In this document: positions 37,101-51,003 of the stretch, in pieces
How positions within the stretch are numbered: position 1 is the first letter of the stretch
How the letters are laid out: every line of letters starts with the position of its first letter
From: Macrostomum lignano
Lineage: Eukaryota
DNA length: 64,000 bases
NCBI GenBank assembly: GCA_002269645.1
Contig: NIVC01000271.1
Coordinates: 372,001-436,000 of the forward strand
Direction: 5' to 3'
Notes under the pieces: model-generated
Databases searched by the model: none
Seen by the model: the letters and a program-made list of their open reading frames with translations, nothing else
What the model was told of the DNA's origin: nothing
Position numbers and translations under genes: made by a program

Positions 37101-38711
37101 CTAAAAGATTAAGGTACAGGCCAGTAAATTGTTAAAGAAAATACTGTACTATTTCTTAAAACAGAAATAAATTTTTTTAAGACAGGGCGATCATTTAAAA
37201 CAAGAAACAAATACTTACTATTTAATCTCGAGGAGAAAGTTTTTATCATCTTCAATGATTAAGAAAATACGTTGAGATTGACTTTCTATTTTTAAAGATG
37301 AACTATTTGATGTCACTTCGCACTCCTTCACACCGCAAGGAACTACAGATAGCAACACGGATTAGCAATGTAAAATGCATTAAGAATTGTACTCGTAGAC
37401 AAGGTCCAGTTTTTTGTTAAAATTAAATTGAATTTTCCAGTTATTAGTAGCTAAAAACTACAATTCACCAGCAAAAAGTTAATGTTTATGGTAAGCATAC
37501 TAATAATATTTCGACGTTAAAAGGCTAAAATGTGCTACAATTATCCGGAGTTTACTACGTCGTATATTTGAATCAACTGTTTTCCACTAGTTAGCCTTCG
37601 ATCGGGGTTTTTTATAGCTTTGACTTGAAACGTTTTTTCTGTTGTGGTCGCCTGTGGCATTTGACTGACGGCCGTCTCGAACTTGAGCCAACTCTGGTTC
37701 TTAAGTCCATGAAGCACGCGATCTAAAATTCGAAAAAAGGTAATACACGAGCTCAATCATTTGTTGTTTCGAACAAATGGAGCTGAAAATAATCGCTCAG
37801 TACAGGTTCACTCGCCTACCCGATCTCAGCGTAAGCAGGAGCGTCTCAGAAGTCGCAGGGACGCACGCTCGTCAGCTCCATCTTGGTTAAAACCCGACAG
37901 AGTCGCTTGCTGCACCCTGCTATCTTCTCAGCTTTCTGCTTAAATCTCAGCATAATGTCTGCACCAACTGTGACAGAAAAAGTAAAAGTAGAAAAAGTAC
38001 TTCCAGTGTCTCGTCAATTCCATTCTAGCTGTATGTCAACCTCACTGTAAACTGGGTTCCCCGATTAGTCTCGAGATGATGGAGTCTGGGCGATTTGCTA
38101 GCGAGGCCTGGTGCTGAATAATTCTTTCTGAATTTTGTTTAAGAAAAGTCTGCCTAGCTCTCAGTGGACTCAAGGCTATCAGTATTTTGCCTAACTTGTA
38201 GAAATAGCTTGCAATATTTAAAATTCATCCTCTCGATAGGACTTTGGTCCCCGGGTCCCAGGTTTTAGGAAATGAAAGCCCCCTAGGCCTCAGAGGAATG
38301 GAGAGCCATGCTTTCAACCATGGCTGCGCAAAATTAGCGAATGAATTATATCGGTGCTTTACTGCACCGATAATCCAAGGCAATTTAATTTTCTTGAATG
38401 CATTATACAGGAAAAACAGTAAGGGTGAAAGGGGAAGCAAAAGTAATGGTGAATGAGAAATTAAGCCTAAAACCATGAGCCCTCTCCACTCCGTTCCACT
38501 GCTGCTCTGAAGAATCTACCAGGGCCTGTTGCTGTAGAGGCCATTGTGACGCGAGGTACCTCGATCGAGTCGGTAGCTTTTAGTTCTGAAAGCCCTGACC
38601 GGTCGATCCTGGCGATGCTTTAGCCTTCATGATCGTAGCTTCAGGCGGAACCTCATAAATATTGCTTTAGATACCACAGCCCCTATTCATACAGCAAAAA
38701 TATATTACATT

Positions 38712-41700
38712 ACTACTAAGGGCACCCGTATCCGGGGTTTTTGAAGGTGGGGTGGGTGTCAACCCTCCTCGCCTCTCATTGGCTGGCGCTCGGCGCGCGC
38801 GCGCCGCAGGCGCGTGGCGCCAAGCGCCGACCAGCCGCAGGCGCACCCTCCCGATATGTATGTACACCCTCCCGATATGTATGCCGCAAGCGCACCCTCC
38901 CGATATGTACACCCTCCCGATATGTATGCACACCCTCCAGAGCAGCAGGAGCCCATGCCGCAGGCACCCCACTCTCCCAAGCCGCAGGCACCCCGAGTGT
39001 ACACTCTCCCGAGCCAAAGGTACACTCTCCCCAGTACGGGTGTACACTCTCCCAATACAGGTGTACACTCTCCCAATACAGGTGTACACTCGCCCAATAC
39101 AGGTGTACACTCTCCCAATACAGGTGTACACTCTCCCGATATGTAGTCAACGATACGTACCCCGCAGGCCCCCTATACCTCACACCCTGCCCCCCACCTA
39201 GCCTCTTCCCCTCTCTCACCCGCATCTCAACTAGCGAAATCGAACTCAGGTCGCGCCCATACTAGGCCACTACACGGTTGGGTATAGGAAGTTTCAGCCC
39301 CGATGCTGACGCAGCCCTGTACAGTGAGCGTGTACGGGCAGAGAGGGGTGGGTGGACAGAGAGCCAGTCACTAGGTTGTTATACTGTTGAAGCATAGGGA
39401 GCGAGAAGTTTTAACCCCGACGCTGACGCAGCCCTGTACAGTGAGCGTGTACGGGCAGAGGGTGGGTGGAAAGAGATGTGAACAACACAGCCTGCTGCAG
39501 GAGCCGGATAGAGAGGCGCATGCTAGGACAGAGAGGCAGTGTGAGTCACACACACCCCACAGAGAGAGTCGTACAGAGGATAGAGAGCTCCCTCCCCAGT
39601 TGCAGGGGACAGAGAGGCAAGCAGGGTATGCAGGGGCATGCGATCAGTCAAGGGGCCACGCGAGGATAGAGTGGAGGAGCAGAGATGTGTAGGGACAGAG
39701 AGCAGGCCACGCGTGCGTAGTGTGAGGGAACAGAAACATATGGAGCAGGAGGGAGATAGGGAGCAAACGCTCTGGGTAAGGGAGCCACACAAGGGAGCCA
39801 TGCAGCAGGGAGCAGTGTACAGTGAGACACGGGCAGGGGTGGAGCCGTGCGTGGACAGAGCTGAACGGCACGGTCAGCTGCAGGAATAGGATGATAGAGA
39901 GGCGCGGAGAGGAGGGGGGGGGCAGAGAGCAGTGTGCAGGGGTAGGCAGCCACGCAGGCTGGGGAACAGAGAGGCGCGTGTCAGCCAGTTGCAGCCCGGG
40001 ACAGAGAAGTGTGAAGGGGGCCTGGGACAGAGTTGCGAGCAAGGCACAGAGAGGTAGGGTCCAGTAGCTATGTATAGACAGGGACCCACGCGAGGGCAGG
40101 ACTGGGGAGTAGGCATGCAAGTTGCATGCAAGGGCAGAGAGGTGTGCGCGGAGGGAGACAGAGAGCAGTGTGTAGGGGTAGGTAACAGCAAACTTTAGTA
40201 GAGGCGCGTGCGGGGACGGAGAAACCAGTCTGAGCGTACAGAGACGTTACAGAGAGGTACACAAACAGAGACCAAAGCGGGCAGAGCACGTGTAGGGACA
40301 GAGACGTGAGGGAGAATCGACCAAAACACGCTATGTATTATCAAAAGTTGGATTTAGTGCAGCATATTTAATAGTGGGTAGTATAATAGTATGTACATAG
40401 TACCTAGTAGTATTAATAGTAAGTATATTAGCCCAAAAGGTAGGCTAAAACAGGCTAAACTGTGTGTACGCATCCTCATCATCCCACAAGCACCCTCCCC
40501 TGCCAGACTCACTCTTCCAAACCCTCCTGTATTGCTGTATGAAGGAAAATATAGTGTAAAAATACAGATGTTAACCGCTAGACCACTGAAATCAGGGCAC
40601 ACTAGAGGGGTTTCGGGGTCTGCATGCTCTATGTAAGCTGCTTGAGGAGGTTCCAGGGTGTAGGGAGGGTTTCCATTATGTTTTGAAAAAAGAACTAGGA
40701 GGTTAAATTCAACGGTTTATTCAAAAAGTAGGTTATTTTAATGAAATAGCTGATACAATCATTGTCGAGAGTAGAAATTTTTATAAGAAACCAGGTATTT
40801 TAGCAAAAATAAACCTTCAAACCACATAAATTTGAATAAAAAGCAGACATTTTCAAGTAAGCAAACTACATAGAAACTACATAGAAAAGTAAGTAAACTA
40901 GGCACAAAACCAGCAAATTTTACCTTTTTTATTTTAATGTTACTGATAAAGTAGAGAGTAGAAACTTGTGAGCTGTACGGAGTTAGAAAGTATTAGGCAT
41001 TATGTATCGTATGAATTATTAGTTCAGTACCAGCCATTGGTCAAGCGAGCATTTATGAAGTTATTACGAGCGAAGAAGGGATAGAGAGGCATATACAGGA
41101 AGACCATCGTCTCCTTCTAAACCACCGCGATCAGATTGCTAATAGAGATAAGCTTTGTCTGTGTGTAGTATGAGTAAGCGAAGGCGGGGCAAATACTTTT
41201 CAACATGCCAGACAGACAGTATTATGCTAGGATTTCTCTCGAAATCTCGATACGTTAGTTTTTATCACACCATCCAGATGCGCCAACTAGTCAGCAGTAG
41301 TCATTTATATGTTATTAAACCTTACAAACCCAGGTCCGGTAAATATTACAAAGAGTATATTACGTACACACGCCAACCTCGAATACCAAACCATACTAGT
41401 CTACTTGCAGTGCTCCCGGAGGGAAGGGATGGTCTGGAGTTACACACCAAGAATGCATTCATACAAAGAGTACATCACTCGAGCCCAGTCCAGGCGCCCC
41501 GACATGTATGACGCAGGCAACCCTCCCGACATGTATGCAGCAGGCGCACCCTCCCGATATGTACCCCGATATGTACACCCTTCCGATATGTATGCCCACC
41601 CTCCAGAGCAGCAGGCACCCATGCCGCAGACGCCCAAGCCGCAGGCACCCCGAGTGTACACTCTCCCGAGCCAAAGGTACACTCTCCCCAGTACGGGTGT

Positions 41701-44700
41701 ACACTCTCCCAATACAGGTGTACACTCTCCCAATACAGGTGTACACTCTCCCAATACAGGTGTACACTCTCCCAATACAGGTGTACACTCCCCGATATGA
41801 GTGTACACTCTCCCAATATGAGTGTACACTCTCTCGATATGTATGTGTACACCGATATGTAACCAACGATATTAACACAAAATTAGGCTAGTGAAAACTA
41901 CTCATAGTAGGTGAAATTGCGTATATTTACATAAAAAGTAAGCAAAACGCATATTAAACATATCAGTAGGTGTAAATATCGGTGCATAATGCATATTACG
42001 ATGCATATAGGTGTACAGACATATAGAATTAAGTATATGGGCAGCAAAAAACACACAATATAGATGCATTTTATCGATATATTGACAGAAAAGTAGGTGA
42101 AATAGACAAAATCGTAATACAAAGCGGGTACATATCGCTTTATTAGTGGAGTAGGCGCTTGCAGATGCTAGTATAATGTAAAACATAGGTTGAAATACAC
42201 ATACACAGAGTAGATACAAGTATAATACAGGTGCATATGCACACACTGTAGATTCAAATTATGTAGGTGTATAGGCTAAAATACACACATCGTAGAGGCA
42301 GAAGCAAGCATAATGCAGGAAAATTATGATACATATTAGTGCATAAAAGTATCATATTATGACACACTGTAGCACATATTGACATAATGCAGGGGAAAAT
42401 ATTGACAGAAATAATGCACAATTGTAGAGGTAACAACCCGCCAACTAGTAAGGGCATCCAACACTTGTTCAGGTTTTTATTATTTCGAGACGAGTGTCAC
42501 GCCCTCGCAAGAGATCTTATCAGACATTTGTTGAACCCCACTGCAACTCCCCAGAGCCTCCAAATGCGAGTTTTTAACCCAGGGTCGAGTACAAAGGGCC
42601 CGCCCACTCTTAACCCCAAGGGGAGATCCCTAGCGGAGACCAAGTACAGTGCGGATGGAGAGGGGTAACAGAAAGCGCTGCATCAGACCGCGGAGCTGCA
42701 TTCCTCCCTGAGGTAGGCGCGTCAGCTCCCACTCCTCATTTAACCATCAAGTAAACTAAATAAGTCAAGCAGAAAGCCCCTACATTCACCCACAACCAGC
42801 ACAAGTAAGAGTACTTTCCACTAGAGAGCCATAGTGCAAGATTCGCGAGCCAAGTTGAAGCACACCCAATTACACTAAAGACATATGTATTAAAAAGCAG
42901 GCCTGCACCTCTACAAAAACACAGTATGTACCAACAAAATTTGCTTTTGGTGCAGCGTATTTAATAAAAAGCAGGTGTCTTAGCACAAAAGTAGGCATCA
43001 ATGCGGGGCACGGGCTAAACTGTATAAACTGTATTTACAAACGCAGGTCAACAAACTACACACAATGTAGCGCATAGACATAATTGTACGCATAAATGTA
43101 CACAATTTCCTGTATATAGGACCTCATGTACGCAAATTTACGCAAATGTACACACACACACACACACACATGCACGCACACGCGTATCCTGCAGCGCATC
43201 CTGCAGCGCCGATCGCCGCAGGCGATGGCGCCATCGGCAGGGAGCTCTTGCTGTGAATACGCGTGTGCGTGCATGTGTGTGTGTGTGTGTGTGTGTACAT
43301 TTGCGTAAATTTGCGTACATATCGGGGTACATATCGGGAGGGTGCGCCTGCTGCATACATGTCGGGAGGGTTGCCTGCGTCATACATGTCGGGGCGCCTG
43401 GACTGGGCTCGAGTGATGTACTCTTTGTATGAATGCATTCTTGGTGTGTAACTCCAGACCATCCCTTCCCTCCGGGAGCACTGCAAGTAGACTAGTATGG
43501 TTTGGTATTCGAGGTTGGCGTGTGTACGTAATATACTCTTTGTAATATTTACCGGACCTGGGTTTGTAAGGTTTAATAACATATAAATGACTACTGCTGA
43601 CTAGTTGGCGCATCTGGATGGTGTGATAAAAACTAACGTATCGAGATTTCGAGAGAAATCCTAGCATAATACTGTCTGTCTGGCATGTTGAAAAGTATTT
43701 GCCCCGCCTTCGCTTACTCATACTACACACAGACAAAGCTTATCTCTATTAGCAATCTGATCGCGGTGGTTTAGAAGGAGACGATGGTCTTCCTGTATAT
43801 GCCTCTCTATCCCTTCTTCGCTCGTAATAACTTCATAAATGCTCGCTTGACCAATGGCTGGTACTGAACTAATAATTCATACGATACATAATGCCTAATA
43901 CTTTCTAACTCCGTACAGCTCACAAGTTTCTACTCTCTACTTTATCAGTAACATTAAAATAAAAAAGGTAAAATTTGCTGGTTTTGTGCCTAGTTTACTT
44001 ACTTTTCTATGTAGTTTCTATGTAGTTTGCTTACTTGAAAATGTCTGCTTTTTATTCAAATTTATGTGGTTTGAAGGTTTATTTTTGCTAAAATACCTGG
44101 TTTCTTATAAAAATTTCTACTCTCGACAATGATTGTATCAGCTATTTCATTAAAATAACCTACTTTTTGAATAAACCGTTGAATTTAACCTCCTAGTTCT
44201 TTTTTCAAAACATAATGGAAACCCTCCCTACACCCTGGAACCTCCTCAAGCAGCTTACATAGAGCATGCAGACCCCGAAACCCCTCTAGTGTGCCCTGAT
44301 TTCAGTGGTCTAGCGGTTAACATCTGTATTTTTACACTATATTTTCCTTCATACAGCAATACAGGAGGGTTTGGAAGAGTGAGTCTGGCAGGGGAGGGTG
44401 CTTGTGGGATGATGAGGATGCGTACACACAGTTTAGCCTGTTTTAGCCTACCTTTTGGGCTAATATACTTACTATTAATACTACTAGGTACTATGTACAT
44501 ACTATTATACTACCCACTATTAAATATGCTGCACTAAATCCAACTTTTGATAATACATAGCGTGTTTTGGTCGATTCTCCCTCACGTCTCTGTCCCTACA
44601 CGTGCTCTGCCCGCTTTGGTCTCTGTTTGTGTACCTCTCTGTAACGTCTCTGTACGCTCAGACTGGTTTCTCCGTCCCCGCACGCGCCTCTACTAAAGTT

Positions 44701-46178
44701 TGCTGTTACCTACCCCTACACACTGCTCTCTGTCTCCCTCCGCGCACACCTCTCTGCCCTTGCATGCAACTTGCATGCCTACTCCCCAGTCCTGCCCTCG
44801 CGTGGGTCCCTGTCTATACATAGCTACTGGACCCTACCTCTCTGTGCCTTGCTCGCAACTCTGTCCCAGGCCCCCTTCACACTTCTCTGTCCCGGGCTGC
44901 AACTGGCTGACACGCGCCTCTCTGTTCCCCAGCCTGCGTGGCTGCCTACCCCTGCACACTGCTCTCTGCCCCCCCCCCTCCTCTCCGCGCCTCTCTATCA
45001 TCCTATTCCTGCAGCTGACCGTGCCGTTCAGCTCTGTCCACGCACGGCTCCACCCCTGCCCGTGTCTCACTGTACACTGCTCCCTGCTGCATGGCTCCCT
45101 TGTGTGGCTCCCTTACCCAGAGCGTTTGCTCCCTATCTCCCTCCTGCTCCATATGTTTCTGTTCCCTCACACTACGCACGCGTGGCCTGCTCTCTGTCCC
45201 TACACATCTCTGCTCCTCCACTCTATCCTCGCGTGGCCCCTTGACTGATCGCATGCCCCTGCATACCCTGCTTGCCTCTCTGTCCCCTGCAACTGGGGAG
45301 GGAGCTCTCTATCCTCTGTACGACTCTCTCTGTGGGGTGTGTGTGACTCACACTGCCTCTCTGTCCTAGCATGCGCCTCTCTATCCGGCTCCTGCAGCAG
45401 GCTGTGTTGTTCACATCTCTTTCCACCCACCCTCTGCCCGTACACGCTCACTGTACAGGGCTGCGTCAGCGTCGGGGTTAAAACTTCTCGCTCCCTATGC
45501 TTCAACAGTATAACAACCTAGTGACTGGCTCTCTGTCCACCCACCCCTCTCTGCCCGTACACGCTCACTGTACAGGGCTGCGTCAGCATCGGGGCTGAAA
45601 CTTCCTATACCCAACCGTGTAGTGGCCTAGTATGGGCGCGACCTGAGTTCGATTTCGCTAGTTGAGATGCGGGTGAGAGAGGGGAAGAGGCTAGGTGGGG
45701 GCAGGGTGTGAGGTATAGGGGCCTGCGGGGTACGTATCGTTGACTACATATCGGGAGAGTGTACACCTGTATTGGGAGAGTGTACACCTGTATTGGGCGA
45801 GTGTACACCTGTATTGGGAGAGTGTACACCTGTATTGGGAGAGTGTACACCCGTACTGGGGAGAGTGTACCTTTGGCTCGGGAGAGTGTACACTCGGGGT
45901 GCCTGCGGCTTGGGAGAGTGGGGTGCCTGCGGCATGGGCTCCTGCTGCTCTGGAGGGTGTGCATACATATCGGGAGGGTGTACATATCGGGAGGGTGCGC
46001 TTGCGGCATACATATCGGGAGGGTGTACATACATATCGGGAGGGTGCGCCTGCGGCTGGTCGGCGCTTGGCGCCACGCGCCTGCGGCGCGCGCGCGCCGA
46101 GCGCCAGCCAATGAGAGGCGAGGAGGGTTGACACCCACCCCACCTCCAAAAACCCCGGATACGGGTGCCCTTAGTAGT
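38712..46178. mobile_element. 7.47-kb foldback element with 2.86-kb near-identical TIRs and a 6-bp TSD; non-autonomous
   Basis: Left arm 38712-41576 is the reverse complement of 43315-46178 (the ORF track shows mirrored identical ORFs); termini ACTACTAAGGGCACCCG / CGGGTGCCCTTAGTAGT; TACATT at 38706-38711 and 46179-46184; no recognisable protein. Confidence 0.88.
43126..43320. repeat. Small hairpin with (CA)n/(TG)n arms abutting the right arm of the foldback element
   Basis: ATGTACGCAAATTTACGCAAATGTACACACAC...CACGCGTAT (43126-43187) versus ATACGCGTG...GTGTACATTTGCGTAAATTTGCGTACAT (about 43257-43320). Confidence 0.85.
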
Positions 46179-47074
46179 TACATTGAGTTCTTTCTGACAA
46201 AAAGCTTCATACAATCGCTGTTCAAATACCTACTACGCTCGTAACTGCTTGTATATAAAATCTATGCATTTTATAGTGCATTCAAAGTAGCTTTAAATAT
46301 TTGAGTTTCAATTTTTTCCGAGAAGTATAATTTCTACTTTACTCTAGCTAGGCCTGCTCCGTGGGCCTCATTGTAAAGTGTGTTAACCTCACCCCTCCCC
46401 CTTTGCCCACCTCTCCTCTGCCCGTCCCTCCGCCGCGTGCAGGGGGTTCTTAAGCCCAGAATTTTCTGGCCTAGTTGTCGGCGTGCAACTGATCTGATTT
46501 TTTTCTTGTTTTTTCCCCCCAGTTTTATCGATCCAATTCGCATTCGACGTACGCCCGTATATTGCGTAAAATAAATGCAACATACGAAGGGGTCGCCTTC
46601 CCACCTCTTCGCTGCTTTGTGCTCGCTACCAACCCGCCGCCTTTGCCTTCCTTTTGCTGCTTGTGGGGTTGTAGATTAATATCTTGCTATTTCAGAAATA
46701 TACAAAATCTGTGGCCTTTCTTTTGCCCGGAACTCTAAAGTTCTTAGGCTCCACTAAATGACTGAATTATTTTTACAGACAACTTAGGAGTAAGTTCGCT
46801 TTATATTTTTATTTCTGTTTTGTTTGCTTCGTTAAAATTGTAGTTATAAAATATTAGCAAATGTGTATGTAGCTTTGGTGAACTTCTGCTGTTATGTTAC
46901 TCAATGTGAGAACGCAAAGAAACGATATGCGAACTTCTCCTCTTATTTTTGGGGTTATAGCAAAATCAAACTTAGCAGGGTTAAATTAGTGCCAATATTA
47001 AGGTTATAGTTATTTTATAGAATATCCAGTACAAAAAACTTCCGTAAATTTTCGATTACATCTTAGAATCATTT

Positions 47075-48890
47075 TATAATTAACCTTTTTGCTCTCTAGT
47101 TGGTGCGAATTCGCCAGCAGGCCAGCGTATCAGAAACTTAGGTTTTGGCCAAAGAAGGTTTGGCCATAGATTTGCAGAAAGCAGAAAGCAATTAGGAAAT
47201 AGCTGTATTTAATTTGGTCTGCCCACAGATACTTGAATAAGTTATTCTACGGGGAAAAACCGGTACAGAGGCTGACTGTGATATTCGAATTTGATGCAAC
47301 TTGCGTCATAAGTAGAAAAAAATCCAACGGTTGTTTTGCTTTTTAAATTGGGTAAAAATGTCAATTCATTAAAAAGTTATGCCTATAAATAGAACAAGGG
47401 GTAGGGGGTAAAGTTACACCAAGTCGAGCCTACTATGCTGGCCAAAGACTAAACTTTTGATGTTTAGTCAGAACCATCGATTCGAAAACAAAAGCAAACG
47501 AAGAAGCTGAAGAGAAACAAAAGAGCACATAAGCCCTCGAAAAAAGTAGAAGCTAATCTGAAGCAGCAGCAGAAGCAGAACAGCTGCAGGCTGCAGGCTG
47601 AGGGGTGACTTCGTCGAAAAGTCATCAGTCAAGGGCGATGGCGATGCTGCGTGACCGACTTTGCAGACCCCTCGACTTGGTGGGAAGCAGAATAACACGC
47701 CGTGAGCGTATTTTCGAACGCCTGTGCATGCGCGAGACTGCTTGGTGTAGTTATTAGAAGGCAACTGCGCCTCTAGCTTAACACCCTCAAACCCGCTGGC
47801 TGCTCTGCAGCCATCTGCCATCCGCGGAATGGAGGAATCTAGCACGCTGACGAGTGCGTCAATGGCTGAAACACGAGTGCGCGTAGCGCACGAGGGTTTT
47901 TGCCAAAGACGCACAAGTCAAAGTGCTTGATTTCCATTCTTATTTGATCCAACATGTGTGCCTAAAGTAGACAAGGGTGGAGCTGGGTGTGTGGAGTTAG
48001 ACTTGAACCATAGAGAAAATATGCGCGAGCTAGTCTGAACATTCTTGCACGATGGAAAGAAGATTATGCTTGTAGTCTATGGCTGTTATGCTAAATATAG
48101 AAACATTGCGCATTACATTCTTGCACGATTGACGTTCCTGCACGGAGTGCACATGCAAATTCAAGGTGCTTTTACCATAGACACTAGCATTTCTGCACGC
48201 ATATGGCGACTTCCAAAGCATTCTTGCACGCTGGATCAAATAAGAATGCCCGCCGCCACAGCTGTCTGTGGCCAGGACCAGCGGCGCCCTGCAACTCACT
48301 CAGAAAACCCACTATGGCTGCAGAGCAGCCATCAAAGAAATAGCACTCATTTTTACACAGCTCATTTAGTGAATCTATGGCTACTCTGCAGCCAGTGGGT
48401 TTTCAAAGAGTGAATGCTGTGGCTGCTTTGGGCAGACCCAGATGTCTATGGCTGCTCTGCATCTAACGGGTTTTCTCAGAGTGATTGCACAGGCTTGAGG
48501 GAGCAGAAATGGTTTAAAAGCAAAACAACCGTTGGATTTTTTCTACTCATGACGCAAGTTGCATCAAATTCGAATATCACAGTCAGCCTCTGTACGGGTT
48601 TTTCCCGCTATTTCTGGGACAACCCTCGTAGTATCAGTGGGTCTGCCTAAGAACAGCTTGTACAAGAAAAATTGAGACATGGCACAATATGGCACATATT
48701 GAGAGACCTTACTCCAAAATCAGCTTGATGGACCGTGAGAGAATCCTTTAGTTAGCCCAAATAGAACACAGTCTAAACCAAATTGGTGGCTGGTTTTCTG
48801 CACATGTCTATATGGCAAACCATGTTTTTCGGCTTGGCTCGTTTCCGCTGCGTGTGTCGCACCAAAAATAGAACGCAAAAAGGTATAGTT
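47075..48890. mobile_element. ~1.8-kb element with long inverted repeats; boundaries approximate
   Basis: 47251-47347 is a near-perfect reverse complement of 48513-48606; degenerate inverted similarity continues outward (47075-47200 versus 48780-48890); internal GTCTATGG copies at 48075 and 48444. Confidence 0.55.
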
Positions 48891-49719
48891 TAACTTGAAC
48901 TTTGCTGCTCCCTACTCGATCCTGCTTATTTCCCGGATGCTCTATTTCCATTTATTTTGCAGTTAAAAGTTGTCTGTCTTGTTCGAAGTCATGTTTTTCA
49001 AAGCCCCCACTAAACTTAAGAATAAAGCAACAAATGGTCTATCCGTAGACACATTCTCATAAATTTTTATCAACTTTTCATTCCACTTAGGTTACTCGTA
49101 ATTGTTCATGCGAGTGATTAGAAGACACAGCTAGCGGTTGGAAGAATGCTTACATGGAGTGATTTTAGATATTGTGGCGCAACTAAACGAGATTAGATAA
49201 AAATTGTAGAATCTCATAATAAACGCATCAGATGACAAGTAGTGAAACCTTTTTTCATTTATTCTGTGGCAAGTGAATATTAATAAAATTTAAAACATTT
49301 GGTTAGTGCTAGTACCAATATAATGCTTTTGGAATATATAGCTAGCTCGTACACTCAGTTGCTGTGCCAGTTGTAATTGTGCTTACCATTCAGTTAGCTC
49401 GCAACTATAAAGTCGCTTCGTCGAGTCTCTGGCTCGTATAAAAATTGCAGTTTGACAGTTGCTGTCTCTCTTCGCTCTCTTCGCTCTTCGCTCGCTCAAA
49501 TAGAATTATAGAATTAATTAAAGCTGAAGTTCCCTTTTTGTACGAGTGCAAACACCAGTGCAGCCGCACGTGAAACCCCCAACCTCTGTCTAGCTGAGGT
49601 GGGGTAGGTGCGCTAGCCGGCTCGCTAAGCTGGGGGGGGTTGGCGAAGTCTATCACGCCAAGCCACCTTTTCGCACCTCCCCAAGCCCCACAATTTCGCG
49701 CACTCTCACGACTACCATA

Positions 49720-51003
49720 GACTTCCGTGGCCCGCTCAGCTGACCGTCGTCAAAGCTGAGAAGCAGTTTGGTCTGCTAGGCCGTGATCTCTTGCAATCTG
49801 ACAGTCTCTTCAACGTGACTAAAGCCCCTCCTAAGGAGGACAAAACACTTCCGGTGATAAAGGGCACTGAGGCTAAGATGTCACTCGTGGAAAGCACTGC
49901 CCCAAAGTTTTGCGGAGCCCGTCCTGTGCTAATTGCCATGGAGTCTGCGGTGAACGCTGAGCTGGAGAGACTTCAACAACTGGTTTGACTTTCTTTCAAA
50001 AAGTCATCGAGCGCGTTTGCTTGGGACATTTGTCCCAGTGTACACACGCCGAAATGCTGTTCAAAAAGGTGGCCGACTCTTCGACGGTAGAAGATGGCTT
50101 GCTGTTCAAGGGTCGCAATGTCTTCATTTCTCCCAGACTTAGGAAAGAAACTTTCATGGCAGCTCATGACACTCACTTGAGATATCTTGCGACGTACAAT
50201 ATCATGGCCCTCTCATGCTGGTGGCCACACATGCGCTCAGACATTGAGCAGTTTGTTCACAATCGTTCGGCCTGCTGCCGTCTGCGCCCAAGACTCCTAG
50301 AATCACGAGATAGCTGGCCATCTGCAGAATTCCCATTCCAAAAGCTACACATGAATTGGGCTTACGTTAAAGATGTCGGAAATATTTTCACAGTGATTCT
50401 TTGCGCTCCTGGCTAAAGATCAGTGGAATGAAAAAACTTGAATCCCCAACATATTACCCCCAGGCTAACTGGGCAGCTGAGCGTGCTGTTCAAACTGTGA
50501 AACGGGGATTGCGAGCTTGGACCGAGCGGATTACTCATGCTGACTTTGTACCCTTCCTGTAGCGCGTGCTGTTCCACCACAGAATATCGTCGCTCCACCG
50601 AGGGCGAAGCCCGGCAGAACTCGTGTTCGGTCGTCGACTCCGTGTTCCTGTGGTGTCAACGTTCGATCAGGGCGAAAAGGTTGCCTACAGACCAACATTT
50701 GATGCCTCAACATCAACCGCAGAGTTTCTAATGCACAAAGGCAGCAATACGTCATGGATTCTGAACAATGACTTTACGCTACGCCTTGCAAGCAACAACC
50801 AACTTGCCACGATAGCTGCTGGTGCTGAGAATTCTGATGACGAGAGCCTGGATCAGCCACACAGTGCACCTGCCAATCAAGTGATTCCAACCCCTGACGG
50901 CAGTCCTCGGCCACAAGAGCAAGCTTCTGAGATTGAGGACAGTACTGGTGGTACATGCAAAGGCACTCGCACTCGACGCCCACACGAACGATACACTCCG
51001 TGA
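49720..51003 (+). mobile_element. Internally deleted Ty3/Gypsy pol relic (protease end, RT start, integrase)
   Basis: LLGRDLL; PKFCGARPV..VNAELERL; then a jump to the integrase zinc finger AHDTH..WWPHMRSDIEQFV..C; PQANWAAERAVQTVKRGL; SPAELVFGRRLR. Most of RT and all of RNase H missing; frameshifts; no LTRs recognised. Confidence 0.85.

Noticed and set aside
38667-46244. Many overlapping 100-180 aa ORFs in the palindrome
   Set aside because: Derived from 21-bp subrepeats and purine-skewed sequence, mirrored in both arms, with no recognisable motifs.
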